Shown: piece after piece, positions 54,345 through 64,000 of the stretch
How positions within the stretch are numbered: the stretch's first letter is position 1
How the letters are laid out: the number at the start of each line of letters is the position of its first letter
NCBI GenBank assembly: GCA_020852955.1
Contig: JADYZW010000047.1
Location: 24,436 to 88,435 of the forward strand
Direction: 5' to 3'
Source of the DNA: Deltaproteobacteria bacterium
GTDB taxonomy: Bacteria; Desulfobacterota; Binatia; UTPRO1
Length of the DNA: 64,000 bases
Position numbers and translations under genes: made by a program
The notes under the pieces: generated by a model
What the model was told of the DNA's origin: nothing
The model's input: the letters and a program-made list of their open reading frames with translations, nothing else
The model's database searches: none

Positions 54345-55766
54345 TCAGCCCGCCGGGATCTTCAGGACCTGCCCCGCCTTGACCGAGTTCCCGCGCAGGC
54401 GGTTCGCGTCGCGCAGCTTGCCGACCGGCACGCGGTAGCGCTCGGCGATGTGCGAGAGCGTCTGGCCACGGGTGACGGTGTGGGTGCGCGCGGCGACCGC
54501 GCCGGCGGCGGCCGCGCGTACGGCGCCGCTCCTGCCGTCGGCTCTGCGCCCGCGGCCCGACTTCGTCGCGACGACCGGCACGTCGGCGGCGACCTGCGCG
54601 AGGCGCTCCCGGAACGCACCCGCGGTGCCCTGCGGCACGCGCAACACGTAGCCGCGCGGGAGGTTGCCGCTCCCGAGAAAGACCGCGCCGTCGACCGCCG
54701 GGTTCAGGGCCGCGAGCGCCGCCGGCGGGACGTTGGCGCAGCGCGCAGCGACGTGTCCGGCGAGCGCCTCCGAGAGCTGCACCTCGTCGCCGACGAAGGG
54801 CCCTTCGAACTGCAGATCGCCGAAGTAGTCCCGATAGCGCCGTTCGACGTGGAGCGCGGCGAGGAACTCGGCGTAGAAGTTCCGCGAAGCGAACCCGAAG
54901 AGCGGCCCGCGGTACCGCCGCACGATCGCGCCGATATCGTCGGTGCCCGTCTCGCGGGCGGCGCGGGCCATCCCGGCGCGACCGTGATTGTAGGCGGTGA
55001 TCGCGAGCGGCCAGGTGCCCAGGACCTCGTAGTTCTCCTTCAGATGGAGGGCCGCGCCGTGCGTCGCCCGCAGGGGGTCGCGGCGCTCGTCGACCACGCC
55101 CGAGATCGCCAGGTAGCGCCGTCCCGTCGACGGCATGAACTGCCAGATACCGGCGGCGCCGACCTTCGAGTACGCCTCGATGTCGAAGCACGACTCGACG
55201 AGCGGCAGACGCGTGAGCTCGGTCGGCAGGCCCTCGCGACGGAAGATCTCTTCCATCTCGGCCAGGTAGCGACGGGAGACGCGCACGCCCTCGGCGAACC
55301 GCTCGCGGAGCCCGCGTTGCGACCGGATGCGCCCGGGGTCGGCGGCGAGCGCGAACCGCTTCGCATCCTTGTCTTTCCCGAAGAGGTCCCATAGCTTCCG
55401 CTCCTCGTCGTCGAGGCCGCCGGTGTTGCCCTGGCGCGCGTCGAGGCGGAGGAGAACCCCCCGGATGCGCTCCCGCTCCCGTGCGACGGCGTCGCGCTCG
55501 GCGAGCTCGAGCGCGAGCGCGCTCTCGCCGGCGGCCGCGCGATCGCGGAAGTCGAGGACGCTGTAGACGCGGGCGAGGTGTTCGGGATCGTGCAGGACGA
55601 TCTGGTGCTTCGAGTAGACGCCGAAGATCCGCTCCCAGAACTCGACCTGGGCGCGGAGGACGGCGGGCTCGGGAAAGAGCGGCGGCGCCTTCGCCCGGCT
55701 CGCGTCGACGCTCGCGACGACGGCCGAGAGCGTCAGAAGCGCGATGCGTACGCTACGCGCGGTCAC
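54345..55766 (-). CDS. Membrane-bound lytic murein transglycosylase D-like protein with C-terminal LysM
   Basis: It has a signal peptide and an SLT catalytic region (ESCFDIEAYSKVGAAGIWQFMPSTGRRY). The C-terminal LysM reads HTVTRGQTLSHIAERYRVPVGKLRDANRLRGNSVKAGQVLKIP. Confidence 0.85.
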   Translation of the reverse strand: MTARSVRIALLTLSAVVASVDASRAKAPPLFPEPAVLRAQVEFWERIFGVYSKHQIVLHDPEHLARVYSVLDFRDRAAAGESALALELAERDAVARERERIRGVLLRLDARQGNTGGLDDEERKLWDLFGKDKDAKRFALAADPGRIRSQRGLRERFAEGVRVSRRYLAEMEEIFRREGLPTELTRLPLVESCFDIEAYSKVGAAGIWQFMPSTGRRYLAISGVVDERRDPLRATHGAALHLKENYEVLGTWPLAITAYNHGRAGMARAARETGTDDIGAIVRRYRGPLFGFASRNFYAEFLAALHVERRYRDYFGDLQFEGPFVGDEVQLSEALAGHVAARCANVPPAALAALNPAVDGAVFLGSGNLPRGYVLRVPQGTAGAFRERLAQVAADVPVVATKSGRGRRADGRSGAVRAAAAGAVAARTHTVTRGQTLSHIAERYRVPVGKLRDANRLRGNSVKAGQVLKIPAG

Positions 55767-55820
55767 GAGCCGTCCTCGCCTTCTCCGTCACGGTCGGGAA
55801 TCGTATGGCACGGTCGAAAA

Positions 55821-57425
55821 ATGTGTCAACGCGGTTTCGTCATCGCGAAACGCCGCGGACGTCGCGCGCGCGCCGCGCTCGCGGTCCTGCTGCTCTGCGT
55901 GTTGTCATGTAGCCGTCCGGTCGCGCCCGCCGCGCCGCCCGGCACCGTGGTGATCGCCCTCGAGAGCGCGCCGACGGTGCTCGATCCCCGCTTCACGACC
56001 GACGCGAACTCTTCGCTCGTCTCCGAGCTCGTGAGCGACGGCCTCACCACGAACGACGCGCGGGGAGAGACCGTCCCGGCCCTCGCGGAGTGGCGGCATC
56101 CATCGCCGCTCGAGTGGCAGTTCAGCCTGCGTCCGAACGTCCGCTTCCACGACCGGACGCCGCTCACCGCCGCCGACGTGGTCGCGACCTACCGGTCCAC
56201 GCTCGATCCCGCCCTCGGCTCCCCGAAGCGCGAGGCCCTCGCGGCGATCGCCGCCGTCGAGGCGCCCGATCCCAAGACCATCGTCTTCCGGCTGCGCGAG
56301 GTGTCGGCGTCGTTCCTCGAGAGCACGAGCCTCGGCATCCTGCCCGCCCGCCTCACGGCGACGGGCCCGGTCGCGCCGGCGGCGGTCGTCGGCACCGGGC
56401 CGTTCCGGGTGGCGGAGCCGCTCGCCGGCGGCGGCATCGATCTCGTGCCGTGGGCGGAGGCGCACGACGGAGCGCCCCGCCTCGCGCGCGTACGCTTCCG
56501 CGTCGTACCGGACGGGATCGTGCGCGCGCTCGAGCTCGCGAACGGCGGCGTCCATCTCGTGCAGAACGCCCTCGATCCGGACCTCCTGCCGTGGCTCGCG
56601 GCGCGCCCCGGGCTCGAACTCCTCGTCTCGCCGGGCACGACGTTCCAGTACCTCGGCATGAACCTCCGCGACCCGCGCCTCGCCGACCGCCGCGTACGGG
56701 CCGGGATCGCCGCCGGAATCGACCGCGAGGCGATCGTCCACCACCTGCTGCGCGACACCGCGACGCCCGCAACGGGCCTCCTGCCGCCGTCGCATTGGGC
56801 CTACACGGACGAGGTCGCTCGCCACCCCTACGACCCGGCGCGCGCCGCCGCCCTGCTGCGCGAGGCCGGGCTCGGCCCCGATGCGGACGCTGCGCTCCGC
56901 CGCTTCTCCTACAAGACCTCGACGGTGGAGCTGCGCCGCCGGATCGCCGAGGTGTTCCAGCACGACCTGGAAGCGCTCGGGCTCGGCCTCGACATCCGCA
57001 GCTACGAATGGGCGACCTTCTACGAGGACATCAAGCGGGGCAATTTCGACCTCTACGCGCTGGCCTGGGTCGGGGTCCGGGATCCCGACATCTATTTCCG
57101 GATGTTCCACTCGACAATGCGGCCGCCGGCCGGTGTGAACCGCGGCGGCTACGCCGATCCCGCGATGGACGATCTGGTCGCCGCGGCGCACGCGACCGAG
57201 GACCGCGCCGAGCGTCGCCGCCTCTACGCCGAGGTGCAGCGCCGCGCCGCGGAGGATCTGCCGATCGTTCCGCTCTGGTGGGCAGAGAACGTCGTCGTGA
57301 AACACCGCGCGCTCACGGGCTTCGCGCCGGCGCCGGACGGGAGCTTGCGCTCGCTGGCGGGCGCGCGCTTCGCCGAGCCCGCGGACCAGGCGCCGCCGGG
57401 CCCCCGCACGTCGGGCGCCGACTGA
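55821..57425 (+). CDS. ABC transporter substrate-binding protein, family 5 (peptide/nickel type)
   Basis: Start re-called at ATG 55821, with a lipoprotein-like N-terminus (ALAVLLLCVLSC). The sequence is SBP_bac_5-like (LDPRFTTDANS..., WQFSLRPNVRFHD, NFDLYALAW). Confidence 0.85.
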   Translation: MCQRGFVIAKRRGRRARAALAVLLLCVLSCSRPVAPAAPPGTVVIALESAPTVLDPRFTTDANSSLVSELVSDGLTTNDARGETVPALAEWRHPSPLEWQFSLRPNVRFHDRTPLTAADVVATYRSTLDPALGSPKREALAAIAAVEAPDPKTIVFRLREVSASFLESTSLGILPARLTATGPVAPAAVVGTGPFRVAEPLAGGGIDLVPWAEAHDGAPRLARVRFRVVPDGIVRALELANGGVHLVQNALDPDLLPWLAARPGLELLVSPGTTFQYLGMNLRDPRLADRRVRAGIAAGIDREAIVHHLLRDTATPATGLLPPSHWAYTDEVARHPYDPARAAALLREAGLGPDADAALRRFSYKTSTVELRRRIAEVFQHDLEALGLGLDIRSYEWATFYEDIKRGNFDLYALAWVGVRDPDIYFRMFHSTMRPPAGVNRGGYADPAMDDLVAAAHATEDRAERRRLYAEVQRRAAEDLPIVPLWWAENVVVKHRALTGFAPAPDGSLRSLAGARFAEPADQAPPGPRTSGAD

Positions 57426-57693
57426 GCGTACGCGGCCGCACGTTCCGCGCGCGGAGGCTGGTAGCGTCTCGGTTTGGTCATGCACCGGAGCCTCGGCCTG
57501 CCACGAGCCGTCTCTCGTTCGGTGTCGCAACACCGCCCGAGCGATCCGCGTGCCGCCTCGCCGTGCCGCACCCAACGGCGGCACGACGACTGAGGGATGC
57601 TGCCGCCGGCGCCGACCCCTTTCGAATGACTCCGCCGGCGGCCACCCATCCACCTGGCGCAGGCGCGCGACGCTCGCTAGGGTCGGCGCGCCG

Positions 57694-58632
57694 ATGCTGC
57701 GACTCGCGCTCCGCCGTCTCGCGCTCGCCGTCCCGACGATGCTCGCGGCCGCGACGTTCGTCTTTCTCTTGATCCACCTCGTCCCGGGCGACCCCGTCGA
57801 CGTGATGCTCGGCGAGAGCGCGGCCCGGGCGGACCGCGAAGCGCTCCGCCGGACGCTCGGCCTCGACCGGCCGATCGCCGCGCAGTACGCGGCCTTCCTC
57901 TCCGGCCTCGCGCGCGGCGACCTCGGCCGCTCGCTCGTCCACGGGACGCCGGTCGCGCGCCTCCTCGCCGACCGCGTTCCCGCGACCGCGGAGCTGACCT
58001 TCGCGGCGCTCGCCGTCGCCGTCGCGCTGGCGCTGCCGCTCGGGCTCGCCGCGGCGGCGCGGCCCGGCACGTGGATCGACCGCGGCTCGGTCGGCGTGGC
58101 GCTCCTCGGGGTCTCGGTGCCGAGCTTCTGGCTCGGGCCGATGCTCGTCATCCTCTTCGCGATCGACCTCGGCTGGCTGCCGGTCTCGGGCCGGGGCACG
58201 TGGGCGCATCTCGTGCTCCCCGCCGCGACCCTCGGCTTCGGCATGGCCGCGATCCTCACCCGCATGACGCGCGCGAGCGTCCTCGAGTGCCTGGCGGAAG
58301 AGTACGTCCGGACGGCGCGCGCCAAGGGGGTGAGCCGTGCCGGCATCCTGGCGCGGCACGCGCTCCGCAACGCGCTCGCCCCGGTCGTGACCATCCTCGG
58401 CCTCCAGTTCGGCGCGCTCCTCGCCGGCACCGTCATCACCGAGACGATCTTCGCGTGGCCCGGCCTCGGGCGGCTCCTCATCGACGCCATCAACCAGCGC
58501 GACTACCCGGTGGTGCAGGGCTGCATCCTCGCCATCGCGGCCGGATTCGTCGCCGCCAACGCGCTCGCCGACGTCGCGAACGGGTGGCTCGACCCCCGGA
58601 TCGGCGCTGCGGCGGCCCGGGCCCGCCCGTGA
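57694..58632 (+). CDS. ABC transporter permease (DppB/OppB-like)
   Basis: Start re-called at ATG 57694. It has the MLRLALRRLALAVPTMLAAATFVFLLIHLVPGDP N-terminus and the EAA-type loop EEYVRTARAKGVSRAGILARHALRNAL. Confidence 0.88.
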   Translation: MLRLALRRLALAVPTMLAAATFVFLLIHLVPGDPVDVMLGESAARADREALRRTLGLDRPIAAQYAAFLSGLARGDLGRSLVHGTPVARLLADRVPATAELTFAALAVAVALALPLGLAAAARPGTWIDRGSVGVALLGVSVPSFWLGPMLVILFAIDLGWLPVSGRGTWAHLVLPAATLGFGMAAILTRMTRASVLECLAEEYVRTARAKGVSRAGILARHALRNALAPVVTILGLQFGALLAGTVITETIFAWPGLGRLLIDAINQRDYPVVQGCILAIAAGFVAANALADVANGWLDPRIGAAAARARP

Positions 58633-59453
58633 GGCCGCCCGTTGCGGCGCTGCGCTTGCGGCTCGGAGCGACGATCGTCGCCGGACTGCTCGTCGTCGCG
58701 GCCGCGGCCGCCTGGATCGCGCCGTACGACCCGACGACGCAGGTGCTCGCCGAGAACCTCGCGCCGCCGACCGCGGCGCATCTGCTCGGGCAGGACAAGC
58801 TCGGACGCGACATCCTGGCGCGCATCGTCTACGGCACACGCGTGTCGCTCGCGGTCGGAGTCGTGACGGTCCTCGTGTCGCTCGGAATCGGCGCCGCGAT
58901 CGGCGCGCTCGCGGGCTTCGCGGGCGGCTGGGTCGACGAGATCGTCATGCGCGCCATCGACGTCCTGCTCGCCTTCCCCGGCCTGCTCCTCGCCATCGCG
59001 CTCACCGGCATCCTCGGTCCGAGCCTCCGCAACGTCGTCATCGCCCTCTGCCTGATCGGCTGGACCGGTTATGCGCGCCTCGCGCGCTCCGAGGTCGTGC
59101 GCCTGCGCGAGCGGGAGTTCGTGGAAGCGGCGCGCGCGCTCGGCGTCCCGGAGCGCCGCATCCTCGTCCGCCACGTCGCGCCGCTCCTCGCGACGCCCAT
59201 GCTCGTGCAAGCGACCTTCGGCATGGCGGCGGCGATCGTCGCCGAGGCGTCGCTCAGCTTCCTCGGGCTCGGCGCCCAACCGCCGACGCCTTCGTGGGGC
59301 GCCATGCTGAACGACGGGCGCGCGTTCGTGCTCGTCGCGCCCCATCTCACCGTCTTTCCCGGGCTGGCGATCTTCGTCACGGTGCTCGGGCTGACCTTCC
59401 TGGGCGACGGGCTCCGCGATCGACTCGACGTCCGGAGACCGACGGAGCTCTGA
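58629..59453 (+). CDS. ABC transporter permease (DppC/OppC-like)
   Basis: GTG 58629 overlaps the upstream stop (GTGA). Motifs are HLLGQDKLGRDILARIVYG and REFVEAARALGVPERRILVRHVAP. Confidence 0.88.
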   Translation: MRPPVAALRLRLGATIVAGLLVVAAAAAWIAPYDPTTQVLAENLAPPTAAHLLGQDKLGRDILARIVYGTRVSLAVGVVTVLVSLGIGAAIGALAGFAGGWVDEIVMRAIDVLLAFPGLLLAIALTGILGPSLRNVVIALCLIGWTGYARLARSEVVRLREREFVEAARALGVPERRILVRHVAPLLATPMLVQATFGMAAAIVAEASLSFLGLGAQPPTPSWGAMLNDGRAFVLVAPHLTVFPGLAIFVTVLGLTFLGDGLRDRLDVRRPTEL

Positions 59454-59491
59454 CGCCGCGCGCGCCGGTCGCTCGCTCCCTCGCGCCGGGC

Positions 59492-60985
59492 CTAGCCCGT
59501 CCCCTGCGCCGCACGGGCGGCGGGGAGACGCACGGTGACGGAGGTTCCCCGTCCCCGCATCGACGCGATCTCGATGCGCCCGCCGTGGCGCGCGACGATG
59601 GCGTGCGAGATCGCGAGGCCGAGGCCGCTGCCGCGTCCGGGCTCCTTCGTGGTGACGAAGGGCTCGAAGACGCTCGGCAGTAGATCGTCCGCGATGCCGA
59701 CGCCGTCGTCGCGGACGACGAGGCAGACGTCGCCGCCGTCGCGCGCGAGCGCGAGCCAGAGGTTGCCGCCGGGCGCGAGGGCGTCGAGGGCGTTCATCAG
59801 GAGATTGATGACGACCTGGTTGATCTCCGCGGGCACGCAGACCACGGGGGGCACCTCGCCGTAGTCTTCGTGCACCGTCACGCCGGGCGGGACCCGATAG
59901 CGCAGGAGCGCGAGGGTAGCTACGAGCCCCGGCGCGAGCGGCGCCGCGCGCCGCACCGTCCCTTTGCCGCCGCGGCCGAAATCGCGCAACTGCGCAAGGA
60001 GCCCGGTCGCGCGGCTCGTCGCTTCGGCGCAGTTCGCGAGGAACCACGGCGCTTCGCGCCGCGCCGCGGCCGCCGCAACGAGCGCCGCGGTCGCGGCGCA
60101 CGACGCGCCGGGGGCATCGGCCGCGCCGGGAGGCGCGCAGAGCGCGAGCGCACGCTCGTACGCGCGCACCGCTTCCGTGAGGGGCTCGATCGTGCCGGCG
60201 AGGACCGCGAGCGGGTTGCCGAGCTCGTGGGCCATGCCGGCGACGAGGAGTTGCAAAGTCTTCATGCGGTCGGTCTCGACGAGCCCCGCCTCGGCGCGCG
60301 CGAGACGGTCGTACGCGTCCCGCAACGAGGCGTGGGTCGCGGTCAGCCGGCGGAGCGAGCGCGCCAGCCGGCGATGGGTGCCCGCGAGCGCGCGCTCGCT
60401 CCTGGTCAGCCGGCGCGCGAGCACGCCGCCCACGAACACGAGGAAGAGGAGCGTGGTCCCGAACGAGGCGAGACGGACGGCGGCCTCCGCGACGGCGACG
60501 GGCCGGGCGGCGTTCCCGAGCCCGGCCGGCTCCGCGAGCGACGCGGCCGTCAGGAGGGCGAGGCTCGCGGCGCCCGTCGCCGCGCCGAGCCCGACGTCGA
60601 CCACGATCGCGGTCGTCAGCACCTGCACCACATAGAGGAAGAGGAACGGGCTCGCGGCGCCGCCGGTCCACGCCACCACGTAGGTGATGAGGACCGCGTC
60701 GCCCGCCCCCGTCCACGCCAGCATCCCCGGAATGCGTTCCCACCGCGCGATCCGGCCCGCCGCGAGCCGGTTCATGACGCCGCCCACGACCGCGGCGACG
60801 AGCGCCGGGCCGAGCGCCGGCAGCACGCCGCGCCGCCATCCCGCGACGGCGACCGCGAGGAACACGACGATCACCGTGGCGCGCACCCGCACCGACCAGC
60901 GCAGCCGGTCGGGCGTGACGCGGACGCGCGCGCGCCGCGCGTAGCGGCGAAGCGCGCGGACGATCCGGCGGCCTCCACGGGTCAT
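59492..60985 (-). CDS. Membrane sensor histidine kinase (no adjacent response regulator)
   Basis: Start re-called at ATG 60985. A multi-TM N-terminus is followed by the HisKA H-box LVAGMAHELGNPL and HATPase N/G boxes (NLLMNALDA, DDGVGI, GSGLGLAISH). Confidence 0.8.
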   Translation of the reverse strand: MTRGGRRIVRALRRYARRARVRVTPDRLRWSVRVRATVIVVFLAVAVAGWRRGVLPALGPALVAAVVGGVMNRLAAGRIARWERIPGMLAWTGAGDAVLITYVVAWTGGAASPFLFLYVVQVLTTAIVVDVGLGAATGAASLALLTAASLAEPAGLGNAARPVAVAEAAVRLASFGTTLLFLVFVGGVLARRLTRSERALAGTHRRLARSLRRLTATHASLRDAYDRLARAEAGLVETDRMKTLQLLVAGMAHELGNPLAVLAGTIEPLTEAVRAYERALALCAPPGAADAPGASCAATAALVAAAAARREAPWFLANCAEATSRATGLLAQLRDFGRGGKGTVRRAAPLAPGLVATLALLRYRVPPGVTVHEDYGEVPPVVCVPAEINQVVINLLMNALDALAPGGNLWLALARDGGDVCLVVRDDGVGIADDLLPSVFEPFVTTKEPGRGSGLGLAISHAIVARHGGRIEIASMRGRGTSVTVRLPAARAAQGTG

Positions 60986-61138
60986 GCGCGCCAGCCAAGC
61001 CCGCGCGTCCGGGGCCGGGCAACGACGCCGGCGGGCTACGCGTATCCGTTCGCCCCGCCCCTCGTTCCGCAGACCCGATGCTGTTAGAAGGACGCCCGTG
61101 ACGCGTCCTTCCCCGCGGCTCCGCATCCCCCGTCCCGC

Positions 61139-61933
61139 ATGACCGAGGCGCACGTCGAGCTTTCGCACGTGCGCGTGGCGTTCGGCGCGCGCGAGGTGCT
61201 GCGGGATCTGTCGTGCCGGTTTCCGCGCGGTAGGATCTCGGTGATCCTCGGCGGCAGCGGCTCGGGCAAGAGCACGCTGCTGCGGACGATCGGCGGCCTC
61301 GTGCGACCGCGCTCCGGTTCGGTCGTGGTCGACGGCGAGGACGTCACCCGGCTCTCGGAGTCGGAGCTCTACCGGGTGCGCAAGAAGCTCGGGATGATGT
61401 TCCAGCACGGCGCGCTCCTCGACGCCCTGACGGTGTTCGACAATCTGGCGTTTCCGCTCCGCGAGCACACGCGTCTTCCCGCGCGCGAGATCGCCGACGC
61501 CGTCCACGCCTGCATCGAAGCGGTCGGCCTGCAGAACGTCGACGCGCTCCTTCCGGGCCAGCTCTCGGGCGGGATGGTGAAGCGCGTGGCGCTCGCGCGC
61601 GCCATCGTGCGCGAGCCCGACATCCTGCTCTGCGACGAGCCGTTCTCGGGCCTCGACCCGATCTCGGCGCGACGGATCGAAGGGCTCCTCGTCGAAATCA
61701 ACCGCCGCCGCGGCGTCACGTTGATCGTCGTTTCGCACAGCATCCCGTCCACCATGCGGATGGCCGATCACGTCGTCGTGCTCCTCCCCGACGGGCCGGT
61801 CGAGGGCACTCCGGCGGCGCTACGGGCGAGCACCGATCCGCGCATCGTCGCCTTCCTGAGCGACGGCGAGGATCCGTCGGTCGGCGCGCCCGACGATCTC
61901 CCCGGCACGTCCGCCGTCGCGAGGCCCGCGTGA
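61139..61933 (+). CDS. mlaF: Phospholipid ABC transporter ATP-binding protein
   Basis: Walker A GGSGSGKST, signature LSGGMVKRVALARA and Walker B ILLCDEP. It is followed by mlaE/D/A-like genes. Confidence 0.88.
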   Translation: MTEAHVELSHVRVAFGAREVLRDLSCRFPRGRISVILGGSGSGKSTLLRTIGGLVRPRSGSVVVDGEDVTRLSESELYRVRKKLGMMFQHGALLDALTVFDNLAFPLREHTRLPAREIADAVHACIEAVGLQNVDALLPGQLSGGMVKRVALARAIVREPDILLCDEPFSGLDPISARRIEGLLVEINRRRGVTLIVVSHSIPSTMRMADHVVVLLPDGPVEGTPAALRASTDPRIVAFLSDGEDPSVGAPDDLPGTSAVARPA

Positions 61934-61946
61934 GGGGCGCGCGCTG

Positions 61947-62723
61947 ATGTTGCGACCGATTCAGGATCTCGGCTGGGCGTCGCTGCGCTTCGTCGCCGAC
62001 CTCGGCGCGCTCGCGATCTTCACGCTCCAGGTGCTCCGCGCGACCGTGATACCGCCCTGGCGTTTCCGGCTCTTCGTCGACGAGATCTACAAGCTCGGCG
62101 TACTGTCGCTCGTCATCATCTGCGTCTGCGGGCTGGCGGTCGGCATGGTGCTCGGCCTCCAGGGCTACAACACGCTGGTGCGCTTCGGCGCGGCCGAGTC
62201 GCTCGGGGCGGTGGTGGGGCTGAGCCTCGTGCGCGAGCTCGGACCGGTGCTGACGGCGCTGCTGGCCACGGGACGCGCCGGATCCGCGACCGCCGCCGAG
62301 ATCGGCACGATGGTCGCGACCGAGCAGCTCGACGGGCTCCGCATGATGTCGGTCGACCCGGTGGATCTCGTCGTGCAACCGAAAGCCCTGGCCATGGTCG
62401 CGGTGATGCCGCTCCTCTCCGCGCTCTTCATTGTCTGCGGGCTCGCCGGCGGGTATCTCGTCGGCGTGGGGCTGATGGGGCTCGACGGCGGCAACTACCT
62501 GGCGAGCCTGCAGTCGGCGGTCGACTTCCACGACGACGTCCTCGGGAGCCTGCTGAAAGCGCTCATCTTCGGCGTGCTGATCGGCCTGATCGCGACCTAT
62601 CGCGGCTACCACGCCGCGCCGACGTCCGCGGGCGTGAGCGCCGCCACCACGTCCACCGTGGTCGTCGGATCGGTGAGCATCCTTATCTTCGACTACTTCG
62701 TGACCGCCCTCTGGGGAGTGTGA
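61947..62723 (+). CDS. mlaE: Phospholipid ABC transporter permease
   Basis: MlaE/Ttg2B-like sequence (VRELGPVLTALLATGRAGSATAAEIGTM). Confidence 0.88.
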   Translation: MLRPIQDLGWASLRFVADLGALAIFTLQVLRATVIPPWRFRLFVDEIYKLGVLSLVIICVCGLAVGMVLGLQGYNTLVRFGAAESLGAVVGLSLVRELGPVLTALLATGRAGSATAAEIGTMVATEQLDGLRMMSVDPVDLVVQPKALAMVAVMPLLSALFIVCGLAGGYLVGVGLMGLDGGNYLASLQSAVDFHDDVLGSLLKALIFGVLIGLIATYRGYHAAPTSAGVSAATTSTVVVGSVSILIFDYFVTALWGV

Positions 62724-62726
62724 CCC

Positions 62727-63197
62727 ATGACTCGATCCCCCCTCCGCGACCTCGTCGTCGGCCTCTTCGTGCTCGCCGGGCTCGGCGCGATGGCCTACCT
62801 CTCGATCAACGTCGGCGGGCTCTCGTACAGCGGCCCGGGCGGCCTCACGCTCTATGCGTCCTTCGATCAGACCGGCGGACTCAAGGTGCGGGCGCCGGTG
62901 GTCATCGCCGGGGTGAAGGTCGGGCAGATCTCCAAGATCGAGCTCGCCGACGACTACCGCGCCCGGGCCACCCTCGATCTCGACCCGAAGCTCGCGCTGC
63001 CGACCGACACCACCGCGTCGATCCAGACGGCCGGTCTCCTCGGCGACCGCTACGTCGCGCTCCAGCTCGGCGGCGAGGAGCAGATGCTGAAGCCCGGCGA
63101 CGACATCACCTTCACCGAATCGGCGGTGATTCTCGAGCGCCTGATCGGCAAAATGGTGCACGACGCTCCCGGCGAGCGCGACACGAAAAAGGAATAG
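62727..63197 (+). CDS. mlaD: MCE-domain phospholipid-binding protein
   Basis: An N-terminal TM helix followed by an MCE fold (GLKVRAPVVIAGVKVGQISKIEL). Its position lies between mlaE and mlaA. Confidence 0.8.
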   Translation: MTRSPLRDLVVGLFVLAGLGAMAYLSINVGGLSYSGPGGLTLYASFDQTGGLKVRAPVVIAGVKVGQISKIELADDYRARATLDLDPKLALPTDTTASIQTAGLLGDRYVALQLGGEEQMLKPGDDITFTESAVILERLIGKMVHDAPGERDTKKE

Positions 63198-63207
63198 AGG
63201 AGCCCCG

Positions 63208-63963
63208 ATGGTCCTGATGCGAACGATGCTCGCCCTGTTGGCGGCGCTCGCGCTCGCGGCGCCCGCGGCCGCGCGCGCGGACGAGGAGGCGGGCGCCGAC
63301 TACGATCCGTGGCAGCGCATGAACCGCGGCATCTTCTGGTTCAATGACCGGTGCGACGTCTACGTGCTCGAGCCCGTCGCGAAGGGCTGGGACCTGGTGA
63401 TGCCCGAACGCGCCGAGACCAGCATCGCGAACTTCTTCGCGAACCTGCGCTTCCCGGTCGTGATGGTGAACAACCTGCTGCAGGGAAAGCCCGGCGCGGC
63501 AGCGATCGACGTCGGCCGCTTCATGGTGAACACCAGCTTCGGCATCGCCGGCCTGTTCGATCCGGCGACCATCTGGGGCCTGACCAAGCACGACGAGGAC
63601 TTCGGACAGACGCTCGGAGTCTGGGGCGTTCCGCCGGGACCGTATCTCGTGCTCCCGCTGCTCGGGCCGTCGAACCCGCGCGACACGGGCGGCATGCCGG
63701 TCGACTACGTGCTCAGCATCACGCCCCTCGTCCTCGACTCGTTCTGGTGGACGGGCGCGGGGATCGTGAACGTCGTCAACACGCGGGCGCAGTACCTCGA
63801 CGAGGTCCGGAACGCGAAGGAGGCCTCGCTCGACTACTACGTCTTCGCACGGAACGCGTACTATCAACGACGCAAGGCGCTCGTGAACGACCAACAGGAG
63901 GAAAGCGGCCAGGCGCCGCCGGACGATCTCTATGACCTCAACGCCACCGAAGGCTCGAACTAG
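63208..63963 (+). CDS. mlaA: MlaA/VacJ family lipoprotein
   Basis: Motifs NRGIFWFNDRCDVYVLEPVAKGW, FGQTLGVWGVPPGPYLVLPLLGPSNPRD and a signal peptide. Confidence 0.85.
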   Translation: MVLMRTMLALLAALALAAPAAARADEEAGADYDPWQRMNRGIFWFNDRCDVYVLEPVAKGWDLVMPERAETSIANFFANLRFPVVMVNNLLQGKPGAAAIDVGRFMVNTSFGIAGLFDPATIWGLTKHDEDFGQTLGVWGVPPGPYLVLPLLGPSNPRDTGGMPVDYVLSITPLVLDSFWWTGAGIVNVVNTRAQYLDEVRNAKEASLDYYVFARNAYYQRRKALVNDQQEESGQAPPDDLYDLNATEGSN

Positions 63964-64000
63964 GGAAGGTCTGCGCAGCCGGGAGCCATCCGTACGGAGC

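Noticed and set aside
55821-59453. A Dpp-like ABC importer with a substrate-binding protein and two permeases but no ATPase genes.
   Set aside because: ATPase subunits are frequently encoded elsewhere or shared. This is not unusual enough to flag, and a convergent histidine kinase simply ends the operon.

Overview
This is a very GC-rich, GC3-dominated chromosomal segment. About 55 genes can be called, and I saw no rRNA, tRNA, CRISPR array, transposase or integrase. All calls come from reading the supplied ORF translations and the DNA by eye. No searches were run, and several start codons are my own re-calls. The many long Arg/Ala/Pro-rich alternate-frame ORFs are treated as high-GC artefacts. 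Protein signatures (delta-60 repeats, Myxococcus-type cysteine-rich repeats, LVIVD repeats, an F420-type LLM oxidoreductase) suggest a deltaproteobacteria-like lineage of the Myxococcota/Binatota type; this is inference only.

Layout:
- 0-17 kb: an H+-PPase fragment, vapBC, secreted repeat and beta-helix proteins, a TetR-nitronate monooxygenase pair, LLM, ABM and HAD enzymes, TPR plus a purple-acid-phosphatase-like enzyme, and an acyl-CoA dehydrogenase.
- 17-24.4 kb: divergent ahpC/oxyR followed by pgl-gnd-glk, then a Rieske-FAD reductase and an AhpD-like protein.
- 24.6-54.2 kb: the interesting part.
- 54.3-64 kb: a LysM lytic transglycosylase, a Dpp-like ABC importer, an orphan histidine kinase and mlaFEDA.

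The 24.6-54.2 kb region holds four linked pieces:
- A signalling island: a cNMP-gated MscS channel, an adenylate cyclase-FHA fusion and a PP2C phosphatase.
- A three-gene transmembrane redox module: a polyferredoxin fused to two cNMP-binding domains and an FHA domain, a 5-TM protein with two H-x13-H pairs, and an anchored decahaem cytochrome c.
- A long co-linear minus-strand train: FAD-FHA-FHA-[2Fe-2S] flavoferredoxin, tandem GlcG/HbpS-like lipoprotein, tail-anchored FHA protein, outer-membrane beta-barrel, decahaem cytochrome fused to an LVIVD propeller, and a Cys-rich exoprotein of about 60 Cys.
- A haem-biosynthesis operon (sirC, ccsA-like, hemA, hemC, cobA/hemD) immediately upstream on the same strand.

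My main hypothesis is that these pieces form a porin-cytochrome type electron conduit whose cytoplasmic entry proteins are wired to phosphothreonine (FHA) and cyclic-nucleotide signalling. I do not recognise this combination as a described system.
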